NCBI GenBank assembly: GCA_963816145.1
Contig: CAWFJP010000014.1
Coordinates: forward strand, 128,001-192,000
DNA length: 64,000 nucleotides
From: an uncultured delta proteobacterium
GTDB taxonomy: Bacteria; Desulfobacterota; Binatia; UBA9968
Direction: 5' to 3'
A model generated the notes under the pieces. That model made no database searches. It saw only the letters and a program-made list of their open reading frames with translations, and was not told the origin of the DNA. The translations under genes were made by a program, and so were the position numbers. This document shows, in pieces, positions 1 through 8,761 of the stretch; position 1 is the stretch's first letter, and every line of letters starts with the position of its first letter.

Positions 1-1090
1 TGCGTTTCCAAGGCCGCTTGCCCCAAATGAGATCGTCGATCCAGAGTAACGGTTTAACGATCAGAACTCTTAGCTTTGGCGGGGTCGTTTTAACCGACCA
101 CATCGCCAAATCATGATACCAAGTATCGGCTTTGTTGTAACAGCAAGAAGACACGCAGACGACGCAATTGGTCCATTCGCCGCGGCCGGCGAGCTTGTAT
201 TTGTAACAGCTCTCGACGTTGATCGCGTATTTCTCGACGCCGTTGACCACCGTCTTGCCGCCAAACGGGATGCTGTGCGACGGACAAGTGCGCGCGCACT
301 TTTTACAATACTTGCAAAACTCCTCGACACCGATGTCTACGGGCTTGTCCACCTTCAGCGGTAGGTCGCAGGTAACCACCGTCAAATGCAAACGCGATCC
401 GTACTTTTCATGAATCAGCATGCCATGGCGCCCAAGCTCGCCCAGTCCGGCGCTGATAGCCAACGGTATGGGATTGACGGAGGAGCGGCCATGGTGGTGC
501 GCCGTGGCGGGATAGCCCATCTCGCGAATGTAGGAGGCCAGCTGGAATGTCGGCACGATGGCGTGGTTGTTGCCGAACTGGTACTCGGTGTCGGAGATTT
601 TGCTGTTATTGCTCATATACCGCTCGTAGGAGCTGGCGAAACCGAGGCAGATGGCATAGCGATGCGGCATGTTGATAGGGTCGCCCGGCTTCTCACCCAT
701 GGCGGCATTGCCGCGCGCGCGATGGGAATAGACATAGAGCGGGTTGAGTTCGCAAATGCCGACCACGTCGGCGCCGAGGTATTGAGCGACGCCTTTGATT
801 TGTTTTGCCATCTCGGCCGGATCGTCCACCGGGATTTGGTTCGGATTGACCTTTCCCTCGGGCGCCTGCTTCATGATCTGCTGCAGCGTGTTATTAGGAT
901 CGCCTTCGCCGCCGCCGCCGAACAGCCGCCGGAACGGATCGCTGCCGGCGCGATTCTTGCGCCAGTCGCGCAGCCGCGCCCCGAACTCGCCGCGGTCGAC
1001 GCGGGGATGCGGCGTTTCGCGCTCGTCGAGTTGCCGCTGCGGGCCAACGATGCGGTAACTTCTGGGTGAGCTCTGTTTCGATGACAGCAT
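1..1090 (-). CDS. rdhA: Reductive dehalogenase-like (RdhA family, cobalamin + 2x[4Fe-4S]) protein; 3' end lies beyond window edge
   Basis: Manual translation from ATG 1090 (RBS GAAAGGAGA upstream), open to position 1: ...KQIKGVAQYLGADVVGICELNPLYVYSH...LASYIREMGYPATAH...PLAISAGLGELGRHGMLIHEKYGSRLHLTVVTCDLPLKVDKPVDIGVEEFCKYCKKCARTCPSHSI...CYKY-x10-CVVCVSSCCYNK. Not in ORF track because it has no stop in the window. Confidence 0.85.
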   Translation of the reverse strand, partial: MLSSKQSSPRSYRIVGPQRQLDERETPHPRVDRGEFGARLRDWRKNRAGSDPFRRLFGGGGEGDPNNTLQQIMKQAPEGKVNPNQIPVDDPAEMAKQIKGVAQYLGADVVGICELNPLYVYSHRARGNAAMGEKPGDPINMPHRYAICLGFASSYERYMSNNSKISDTEYQFGNNHAIVPTFQLASYIREMGYPATAHHHGRSSVNPIPLAISAGLGELGRHGMLIHEKYGSRLHLTVVTCDLPLKVDKPVDIGVEEFCKYCKKCARTCPSHSIPFGGKTVVNGVEKYAINVESCYKYKLAGRGEWTNCVVCVSSCCYNKADTWYHDLAMWSVKTTPPKLRVLIVKPLLWIDDLIWGKRPWKR

Positions 1091-1189
1091 GGGAAAATCT
1101 CCTTTCTGCTGTTCTCAAGAGGGTGTCGGACCGATGTCGCGGAATATACGCCTGCCCGACGAAGTGCGTCAAGGCTACGGAAATCCTGC

Positions 1190-1219
1190 TTGACAGTTGC
1201 GCGGGTGGAAGAATAGAAC
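1190..1219 (+). promoter_or_regulatory. Putative sigma70-type promoter for SBP gene
   Basis: TTGACA (1190-1195), 18 nt, TAGAAC (1214-1219), upstream of GGAGG RBS and ATG 1247. Confidence 0.4.
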
Positions 1220-1246
1220 TTTTGCAGTCCATGCCGGGAGGTTTAG

Positions 1247-2227
1247 ATGAAGGCCAAACGGCTGTATTTGGCGTTGCTCATTTTCAGTTTTGCTGTGAGT
1301 TGGGTTCGCGTTGCCGCGCCGGCATCCGTGGAGCCGACGCGCCTGCGCATCAGTATCCCCGGTCTCGGTTCTACTTCCTACCCGTTGATCATGGCCCAGA
1401 AGAAGGGTTATTTCCGCGCCGAAGGTTTTGACGTCGAGCTGATACCCATGAGCGGCGGCCTGGCGGTGAAAACTTTGATGGCCGGCGAGGTTAATCTCAC
1501 TTCCGCCGGCACACTAGTGGCAACCATGCAGGGCGCCAAGCTGCGCTTGTTGATGGCATTTATCCGCCAGCTGCCCTACGACCTGGTGGCGGCGCCGGAG
1601 ATCAAGCGCGTCGAAGATTTGCGCGGCAAAAAAGTAGCTGTCGCCGATCGCGGCAGTGTGACGTTCATGGTGGCGCGGTCGATCCTTCAGGGGCATGGTT
1701 TGGAAGTCGACAAGGATGTGACGATCCTCGCCTTGGGCCGGCCCGATGTGCGCTATCAGGCGCTGATGATGGGCACGGTGCAGGGTGTGATTGCCAACAC
1801 CGACGGCACTGGCTTGCTCGAACCCAAGGGATTTCATTCGGTGGCCCAAGCCGGGAAGTACGGCAAGGGTTTCGCCGGCTCGATCTCGGTGACGCAGGAG
1901 TTGCTCGATAAACGGCCCGAAGAAGTCATGAAATATTTGCGCGCGACGTTGAAGGGTTCTCGCGCCTATCTAGCGTTGCGCGACGAAGCGATCAAGATTA
2001 CTTCCCAATGGACCAAGATCACCCCGGCAAACGCCGCCAAGGTCCATGATTATTTGTCTTCCGGTGCCTTGGCGCCGGATGGTATGCTCGATCGCGACAC
2101 CATGGAAGCGGCGATAAACGAAGCGCGCGAGTCGAGCGGCATCAAACGCGCCGTTAGGACCGAGGAGCTTTTCGATTTCCGCCTGATGCAGCGGGTCAAC
2201 GATGAACTGCAGGGTTGGCGGCCGTAA
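1247..2227 (+). CDS. ABC substrate-binding protein, NMT1/SsuA/TauA family
   Basis: Signal peptide; 'KKGYFRAEGFDVELI', 'IKRVEDLRGKKVAV' family motifs. Confidence 0.85.
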   Translation: MKAKRLYLALLIFSFAVSWVRVAAPASVEPTRLRISIPGLGSTSYPLIMAQKKGYFRAEGFDVELIPMSGGLAVKTLMAGEVNLTSAGTLVATMQGAKLRLLMAFIRQLPYDLVAAPEIKRVEDLRGKKVAVADRGSVTFMVARSILQGHGLEVDKDVTILALGRPDVRYQALMMGTVQGVIANTDGTGLLEPKGFHSVAQAGKYGKGFAGSISVTQELLDKRPEEVMKYLRATLKGSRAYLALRDEAIKITSQWTKITPANAAKVHDYLSSGALAPDGMLDRDTMEAAINEARESSGIKRAVRTEELFDFRLMQRVNDELQGWRP

Positions 2228-2237
2228 CAAAAATACG

Positions 2238-2279
2238 GTTCCAATCGTTCCAGCCGTTTCAGTTGTTCCAATGGTTTTA
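2238..2279. repeat. 9-bp-period GTTCCAnnn intergenic array (family C)
   Basis: GTTCCA/GTTTCA units at 2238, 2247, 2256, 2265, 2274. Confidence 0.85.
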
Positions 2280-2291
2280 GGAGGAATACGA

Positions 2292-3359
2292 ATGAGATTG
2301 CGAGTTGTCTGCGTTTTGTTTGTTGCTGCGGTTCAATTGTTAGTAGCTTCGCATCTGTTTGCCCAGGAAACGGCGGGCGCGCTACTTGCCAAGCTTGCCA
2401 AACTTTCTCCCGAAGCGCGGCAAAAGGCGCTTATCGATGGTGCGCGCGCGGAGAAAGAGGTTACTTTCTATAGCTCGCTGCAGCCGCCGCAAGTTGAACC
2501 TTTTTCACGCGCGTTTCAGAAGCGCTACCCGTTCATCAAGGTGAATGGTGTGCGAATTTCCGGTAGCAAGGTGGTGGTGCGGATTCAATCGGAGATGAAC
2601 GCCGGCAAGTCTCTTGTCGATGTGATCAATGTCTCCGGCGAGGAAGCGGCGGCGCTGAAAAAAGTCGGCACCCTCGACCCCTACCTTTCCCCGCAGCGCG
2701 AATTTTATCCGCCGTCGGCCAAAGACAAGGAAGGCTATTTTACCGCGATGTCCTTCCTAACGATGGTTTTGGGCTACAACACTAATTTGGTTAAACGCGC
2801 CGATGTGCCGAAGAGTTACGATGATCTGCTGCAGCCCAAGTGGAAAGGGCAAATGTATCTCGACAACGAGGCCTATGACTGGTTCGCCGTCCTGCTCAAG
2901 CACTTTGGCCGGGAGAAGGGGCTGCAATATATGCGTGCCTTGGCGAAACAGGATCTGACCATGATGCGCGGACGCACGGCCCAAGCCCAGCTTCTGGTGG
3001 CCGGGGAACGTTCCATCGGCATCGTTCAATCCGGTAACACCATGTTGGATTATAAAGCCAAGGGCGCGCCGGTCGACATGTCGATCTTGGACCCGTATCT
3101 CGCGTTGTCGAATTCCATCATGCTCGCCAAGCACGCGCTCCATCCCCACGCCGCAGCGCTATTGATCGATTGGTCGCTGTCGGAGGAGGGGCAGAGCGTG
3201 GTGACGAGCTTTGGCCGCGTCGTGTTGCGCAAAGGCGTCAAACAAAGATTCCCCGAGCTGATGGAAAAAGAGCTGTTCGTCGCCGACGGAGAATTCCTCG
3301 GGCCGATCTTAGAGGATAGCGCCAAGGAGTTCCGGCAGATTTTTCTAGGCGGACGATAA
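2292..3359 (+). CDS. Extracellular solute-binding protein (Fe3+/thiamine/AfuA-like cluster)
   Basis: Start moved to ATG 2292 after AGGAGG; 'YNTNLVK..VPKSYDDLLQPKWKG', 'HPHAAALLIDWSLSEEGQ'. Confidence 0.85.
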   Translation: MRLRVVCVLFVAAVQLLVASHLFAQETAGALLAKLAKLSPEARQKALIDGARAEKEVTFYSSLQPPQVEPFSRAFQKRYPFIKVNGVRISGSKVVVRIQSEMNAGKSLVDVINVSGEEAAALKKVGTLDPYLSPQREFYPPSAKDKEGYFTAMSFLTMVLGYNTNLVKRADVPKSYDDLLQPKWKGQMYLDNEAYDWFAVLLKHFGREKGLQYMRALAKQDLTMMRGRTAQAQLLVAGERSIGIVQSGNTMLDYKAKGAPVDMSILDPYLALSNSIMLAKHALHPHAAALLIDWSLSEEGQSVVTSFGRVVLRKGVKQRFPELMEKELFVADGEFLGPILEDSAKEFRQIFLGGR

Positions 3360-3533
3360 GATAGCTGTTCGGTTATTTTATCATTCATCTAGCCGGCATA
3401 GTTGAACCCGGCTGGGCCGTCGTCTCGTCGCCTATCGAATGAGTGGGCCACCCGAGCTGATTAACTGTCATAGCCCCACCCGAAGTCCCGGGTATGATGC
3501 GCGTTGCAAGAATCGCTTGTTCAAAAGCTCTGC

Positions 3534-4764
3534 TCAAGATCGAATTGGTTCAGGAGCTTCGACCAGGAGTCTGCGCACGATCCAGATGAAGGCTCCTGTG
3601 AGCACCAGATTGAGCGCGAGGCTTAAGGCCGCCACGGTGACGATCGGTCCACCGATACCGTAGCTGATACTGACGACCAGCACGCCGGCACCGACTTCGC
3701 CCCGCGGCCACATGCCGACGGCCAGGGCTAGTCGCTCCCGCCATTTGGCTTCTCGACGGTAACAGACCGCCGGAAACATTTTCCCTAAGATTCGCCAACA
3801 CAGTTACAACTAGTACATGAAAGAGCAGGGCGCTGATTTCCAGTGCGGGTTGCTGCGCGGTTACCGTATTGGCCGCATTGGCGCCGCCCGCACCAGCGAA
3901 TACGCTGGCCATACTGAGTCCAACACAGATCATGAAGACGCCCGAAATAATCGCCGCGACTCTCTGTTCGCCGGGATCTTCGGGTCCTTCTTGATGGCCC
4001 TCGACGGCATCGTCTCGATGGGGATCCGCGCCGGCGGGCCGCCGCATCATGCAGCCCAACACAAAGGCGGGCAGCAGCACTTCGATATGTATCGGCACTT
4101 CGTCGTTAATCATACTGGCGCCAATGGAAACCAATTCGCAGACCATCGAGATCGCGACGGCGTAAGTCAAAACCCAAGGCCAACTCGTCGGGATCGACCA
4201 CTGATGCAGATAGCGCCAGGCCAGCCAAAGCATGGCGATCATGAGGAGTACGACGGCGCCAAGTTGCCATGCGATACCGACGATCATCATCTTTAGCGGT
4301 ATCATTAAGAGGACGGTGTCGAGATCGTCAAATATCGCCAATACGCGCGCTTTGCGAAATAACCAGGTTCCGCTCAAGCCGGCGGCGGCTAGCATGGAAA
4401 ACAATACTCCGGCCGAGGTTGGGGCCGAAAACCGCCCGGCGAGCAAAATCTCGGTCCAGGCGGTCCATGACGCCCAGGCTGTCGCGGGCAGCATGACGAA
4501 GACAAAGTAGAGGCTAACAAAGACCCATGGAAATGCCGCCGCGGTCATGGCGACAAGGTAATCCCAGCCGTAGAGTTTCAGGTTCGATTTGTCGACCTCG
4601 AACTCATAGCCGACGTGGATCATGATAAATCCAAGACCGGTCAAGGTTAGAAAGCTGACGATACCATCGACGATCGCGAAATTCGAACCGGCCAGTTCCG
4701 GCAAAAACTTGGCAGTAACGAGACCGAAGACGAGAAGCGCTGAGAACGCTGCGACTTTCTTCAC
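3534..4764 (-). pseudogene. Cation:proton antiporter (Na+/H+ exchanger-like) split by a 1-nt frameshift at ~3787
   Basis: GTG 4764; multi-TM ORF with 'APTSAG', 'LAIFDDLDTV'. The C-terminal 'GKMFP...GMWPRGEVGAGVL' continues in the +1 frame (ORF 3534..3779). Confidence 0.75.
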
Positions 4765-4772
4765 GGGCGGCC

Positions 4773-5357
4773 TTATGTTGCAGCAGCCATGTCGTCGGGC
4801 TTGGCAGCGTATCTGACGTAGGCAATCGCCAGCGTCAATAGCGTTAGCGGCAGGATGAACTCCAACATGATCGCGCTGAAGGCAGGAAGGCTGTCGTGCG
4901 CTTGCGCTTTCAAGATGAGATAGGCGGTGTACGCGCCGTAGTAGAGCAGGAACAGAGCGCCTTCCCAGCGTGCGATCAGATGTCCCGTGAGAAAGATCGG
5001 CGCGCAAGCGAGCGCGACCGCGATCATGATCGGAATATCGAAAGTCAGCGCCGCTGGCGCGACGTTGATTCCCTCGGGAGTGACCGCGCTCGAAAGACCA
5101 AGAACCGCGAGGACGTTGAATATATTGCTGCCGACGACATTGCCAAGCGCGATATCAGCCTGGCCGGAGTAGGCCGACTCGACGCTGACCGCCATTTCGG
5201 GTGAACTGGTGCCGTAGGCGACAACCGTCAAGCCTATCACCAAAGGGGAAATTCCAGCGATCCCTGCCAGTCGGGAAGCACCGCGCACCAAGAAGTCGGC
5301 GCCGACGGTAAGCAGTAGTAATCCGCCGCAAAGAAATAAGATTTGTTCTAAGCTCAT
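4773..5357 (-). CDS. Ca2+/cation antiporter (YrbG/CaCA family), half-length, one alpha-repeat only
   Basis: 'GLTVVAYGTSSPEMAVS...GNVVGSNIFN' followed directly by typical C-terminal 'FDIPIMIAVALAC..IARWEG'; 194 aa. Confidence 0.75.
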   Translation of the reverse strand: MSLEQILFLCGGLLLLTVGADFLVRGASRLAGIAGISPLVIGLTVVAYGTSSPEMAVSVESAYSGQADIALGNVVGSNIFNVLAVLGLSSAVTPEGINVAPAALTFDIPIMIAVALACAPIFLTGHLIARWEGALFLLYYGAYTAYLILKAQAHDSLPAFSAIMLEFILPLTLLTLAIAYVRYAAKPDDMAAAT

Positions 5358-5370
5358 CGAATAACCGTCA

Positions 5371-5387
5371 TTATTGATTTCTAACTA
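5371..5387. promoter_or_regulatory. Candidate LysR/NhaR operator copy upstream of antiporter operon
   Basis: TTATTGATTTCTAACTA, 14/17 identical to the palindrome at 6183-6199. Confidence 0.45.
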
Positions 5388-5446
5388 AATTAACTGGCTG
5401 GGTGGTGTCGATGGTTCGCGACTGCGGCTGTTGAATCTCTTCGGGT

Positions 5447-5635
5447 TGATTCCCCGCAGCTTGCTGCGTCAGAGATATCGCTAAGCCACCGTCCGTCATT
5501 CCCGCATGTTTTTAGCGGGAATCTAGGCGAATCCGGAACTGGACCCCCGATAAAGGCATTCGGGGGTGACGAGATTCGGAATCGTTCACATGCTGGGCTT
5601 TCGATACCCCGTAGCTTGCTGCGGGGTAGTTCATT
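5447..5635. repeat. Nested REP-like mosaic: two CCCCGyAGCTTGCTGCG hairpins flanking an inverted GTCA-type REP pair
   Basis: CCCCGCAGCTTGCTGCG 5452-5468; GTCATTCCCGC..GCGGGAATC 5495-5523; GGACCCCCGA..TCGGGGGTGAC 5541-5570; ATACCCCGTAGCTTGCTGCGGGGTAGTTCA 5604-5633. Confidence 0.75.
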
Positions 5636-5661
5636 TTCCAGCCTTTGGAGTATTCCTGGCT

Positions 5662-6087
5662 CTAACCGGCTCGAAGCCTAATCGTCTTACGCCTGGGCGA
5701 GGTGTACTTTTTTAACCCGGCGCCAGCAAGTGGTAGTCGGTGGCGGTTTTCAATACTTTTCCGAATCAATCCTTGCCGCAGATAATCCGGATCGATTGCC
5801 AAGGTCTCGCAGATGTTGGCGAACGAAAATACCGAGCCTTGGTCCGTGCGGCCATGGAGCCAATTCAAAGCGTCGGCGAAATCGCGCCGTTGACGACTCG
5901 TGCAGCGGCGCAGATCCGTCATCAGCGTCGCCACGGCATCCTCAAGGATCGCCCCCATGAGCCGCAACTCCGGTTGCATTCGGGTGCTGCGCCGGTTAGT
6001 CGCCAGATACTGCGCCTCGGCCAGTGGGTCGGGCTGGAAAATCTTTTTGTAATCGACGGTTGTCTCACCAGATATGTACGTCGTCAT
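5662..6087 (-). CDS. Conserved hypothetical protein (PExRLMxAxLEDA...FSFxNICExL motif)
   Basis: 141-aa ORF with AGGAG RBS, divergent from nhaR-like gene. Confidence 0.7.
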   Translation of the reverse strand: MTTYISGETTVDYKKIFQPDPLAEAQYLATNRRSTRMQPELRLMGAILEDAVATLMTDLRRCTSRQRRDFADALNWLHGRTDQGSVFSFANICETLAIDPDYLRQGLIRKSIENRHRLPLAGAGLKKYTSPRRKTIRLRAG

Positions 6088-6182
6088 TTGCCGTTCTCCT
6101 CTTTAGGGGGAAATCTCGCTGTCGAGTGGCAACATAATCATGGCCCGATAGTTTGACAAATTCATAATTTCGACTTAATCAT

Positions 6183-6199
6183 TAGTTAATTTCTAACTA
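6183..6199. promoter_or_regulatory. Palindromic candidate LysR autoregulatory site
   Basis: TAGTTA-ATTTC-TAACTA dyad containing T-N11-A, 11 nt before ATG 6211. Confidence 0.5.
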
Positions 6200-6210
6200 C
6201 CGTCAGAACC

Positions 6211-7110
6211 ATGGAATGGCTCAACTATCACCATCTGCTTTATTTTTGGACTTTTGCCCGGGTCGGCAGCGTGGTGCGCGCCAGTGAAGAGCTTCATCTC
6301 ACCCAGGCCACGGTCAGTACACAGCTCAAGTCCTTGGAAGAGTCTCTTGGCGAAAAGCTTTTCCGAAAGGCCGGACGTAATCTTGTGTTAACCGAGACCG
6401 GCAAAGTGGTCTACCGCTACGCGGACGAGATCTTCTCACTAGGCAAGGAGATGTTGGGAACGCTTAAAGGCCGAGCGGATGGCCGCCTGGCCCGGCTCAC
6501 GGTCGGGGTCACGGACGTCGTGCCGAAATTCGTCGCCTATCTATTGATAGAACCGGCCCTCAAGCTTGCGGAGTCCTACCGAATCGTCTGCCGCGAGGGA
6601 ACTAACGAAGAACTGCTGCCGGCGCTGGCGCTGCATGAGATCGATGTAGTGTTGACCGACGCGCCAATCGCCCCGTCCTTAAATGTAAAAGCCTTTAATC
6701 ATTTGCTCGGCGAGTGCGGTATGACTCTTTTTGGCAGCGCCAATTTGGCTCAATCGTATCGCCGTAATTTCCCGAAATCCCTGGACGGTGCACCGTTTCT
6801 GTTGCCAACACGGAACACCACGGCGCGCCGTTCTTTGGATCAGTGGTTCGAGAGCCTGAATATCCGTCCACGGATCCTCGCTGAGTTTGAAGATAGTGCC
6901 TTGCTCAAAGTGTTTGGCAGCCACGGATTGGGTTGTTTCTTTGCTCCAACCCTGATCGTCGACGACGTCCGGCAACAATACAATGTGAAGGAAATTGGCC
7001 AGGTCGATAGTCTTCGCGAGCGGTTCTATGCGATTTCCCTCGACCGTAAACTCAAGCATCCCGCCGTGGTGGCGATTTCGCAGGCGGCAAAAATCAAACT
7101 GGGCGACTGA
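6211..7110 (+). CDS. nhaR: LysR-family transcriptional activator, NhaR-like
   Basis: Diagnostic N-terminus MEWLNYHHLLYFW, HTH, 'EFEDSALLKVFG', 'RKLKHPAVVAI'. Confidence 0.85.
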   Translation: MEWLNYHHLLYFWTFARVGSVVRASEELHLTQATVSTQLKSLEESLGEKLFRKAGRNLVLTETGKVVYRYADEIFSLGKEMLGTLKGRADGRLARLTVGVTDVVPKFVAYLLIEPALKLAESYRIVCREGTNEELLPALALHEIDVVLTDAPIAPSLNVKAFNHLLGECGMTLFGSANLAQSYRRNFPKSLDGAPFLLPTRNTTARRSLDQWFESLNIRPRILAEFEDSALLKVFGSHGLGCFFAPTLIVDDVRQQYNVKEIGQVDSLRERFYAISLDRKLKHPAVVAISQAAKIKLGD

Positions 7111-7306
7111 ATTCGAGCTGCTTGTTGGTCACCCTGATCGCATCGCTCCAGACAAAATTCTTGATCAATGTGCCACTGCGCGCCCAATGACCGCGTGGGT
7201 GCTGGTAGATTCTTGGCATGGTGAAACTGATGTTATACAGTCAGCCGACGCCGTGGCGGACTAGGTTTGCCGCGGTTGCAGGAACAACCGGAGTCTGGAG
7301 GATTGC

Positions 7307-8341
7307 ATGGAAGTAAAATCGATTAAAGAAACCCATACCGAACTGATGATGCAAAGCGTCAAGTTCGCCAAGGACGAGCAAGGACGGCGCAAGGGACAGG
7401 CGATTTTGTTCAAGTGGCCGGAAATCGAAAAGCAGTTGGGCGAGCATAAGCATATATATGTCGTCGATGCCCGGCTCGGTTCGAACAATCATACCCATCG
7501 GCTATGGTACGACGTGATCCCGCCGCATACCGAAGAAGGCCAGGAGTGGAAATCCCTCGGCCATCGCCACACGGTCGAAGCGATCATCTATTTTCTCAAG
7601 GGCAAGGGCCATAGCATCATCGATGGCGTGCGCTACGATTGGGGGCCGGGAGATCTGCTCAGCGTGCCGATGTTCTCCTGGCACCGCCATGTCAACGACG
7701 GCGATGAGCCGGTGCTACGCATCGCTTCGACCACTGGCCCGTTATCCTTGGCGCTGGGCCAAGCGGTGTATGAAGACGAACGCTATCCGGAGTTCTGGAT
7801 CTACGCGCAGGAAGGCGAGGATGCGCGCAATACCTTGATCCCTGGCGGCGGTGGCAGTGTCGAAGCCGCTAAGATCGGCAATAACCGCGCGGCGGAAATG
7901 TATGCCGAGCAGGTCGCCTTCGCCATGCACGAGGAGCAGCTGCGGCGCAAGAGCAAGGTTCTAGTGAAACAAAAGGATTTAGTGTTTGAGCCGACCGCGA
8001 TGGGCAATCTCGCCTATGTGGTCGATCCGCGCATCGGCTTCCACGCCAAAGCGCTCGGCGTGGTGATGGCGGAAATCCCGCCGGGCAAGCGGTCCGGCGC
8101 GCATCGACATCTTTACGATGAAATCAATCTCGTGGTTGGCGGCAAAGGCAAGATCATCGTCGAAGACAAGGAGTATAACTTCGATACCCTCGACGTGTTG
8201 TCGATTCCAGTGTTTCAGTGGCATCAGTACTTCAATACTGGCAGTGAGCCGTTGCGCATTCTCGGCATCAACACCCGCTTGGCGATGGACAATCTCGGCT
8301 TGTCGTTGACGCATCAGGGCGAGCAGGCGGACTATGTGTGA
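7307..8341 (+). CDS. Bicupin protein (gentisate 1,2-dioxygenase-like fold)
   Basis: Two cupin motifs: GHRHTVE..GKG..WHRH and AHRHLYDE..GKG..WHQY. Confidence 0.8.
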   Translation: MEVKSIKETHTELMMQSVKFAKDEQGRRKGQAILFKWPEIEKQLGEHKHIYVVDARLGSNNHTHRLWYDVIPPHTEEGQEWKSLGHRHTVEAIIYFLKGKGHSIIDGVRYDWGPGDLLSVPMFSWHRHVNDGDEPVLRIASTTGPLSLALGQAVYEDERYPEFWIYAQEGEDARNTLIPGGGGSVEAAKIGNNRAAEMYAEQVAFAMHEEQLRRKSKVLVKQKDLVFEPTAMGNLAYVVDPRIGFHAKALGVVMAEIPPGKRSGAHRHLYDEINLVVGGKGKIIVEDKEYNFDTLDVLSIPVFQWHQYFNTGSEPLRILGINTRLAMDNLGLSLTHQGEQADYV

Positions 8342-8422
8342 GGAAAAAAGACGTGCACGTTGTTCGTGGTTCGTGATCGTCGCAATCGGCCGGGCATAAG
8401 ACCGGCAATCACGGACGTAAAT

Positions 8423-8687
8423 ATGATCGTGATTTTTACGTTCTTTCTAGCATTTTGTTCATCGGCCGGACGATCCGCCGGTGGCGCGGTTGCTGGTCGA
8501 TTTTTACCTGTCGGAGGAAGGACAGCGAGCGCTCAAGGAGATCGACAAGATTCCGTTGCGCAAGGGCGTCGAGCCGGATTCCAAGCGGGTGGCGGAGCTG
8601 ATCGAGCAAAGTCCGCATGTGATCAAGTATGAGGGCGATCCGGGTAAACAAATCAAGCAGTTCAATGAGATTTTTTTGGGACGGTAG
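8423..8687 (+). pseudogene. Remnant of a solute-binding protein (signal-like N-terminus joined out of frame to C-terminal ~70 aa)
   Basis: 'ARLLVDFYLSEEGQRAL..KIPLRKGV...QFNEIFLGR' matches the C-termini of 2292..3359 and 13246..14328. Confidence 0.65.
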
Positions 8688-8702
8688 GCCGGAGAAAAAA
8701 TT

Positions 8703-8740
8703 GTTCCAGCGGTTCCAAAGGTTCCAATAGTTCCATTCGG
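8703..8740. repeat. 9-bp-period GTTCCAnnn array (family C)
   Basis: GTTCCA at 8703, 8712, 8721, 8730. Confidence 0.85.
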
Positions 8741-8761
8741 ATTTCACGAGAGGGAAAGATC

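Noticed and set aside
113-1069. Plus-strand ORFs 113..364 and 386..1069
   Set aside because: In-register antisense shadows of the rdhA-like gene
3550-5007. 485-aa ORF as a single intact protein
   Set aside because: N-terminal ~80 aa overlap the CaCA gene out of frame, and the C-terminus is post-frameshift nonsense
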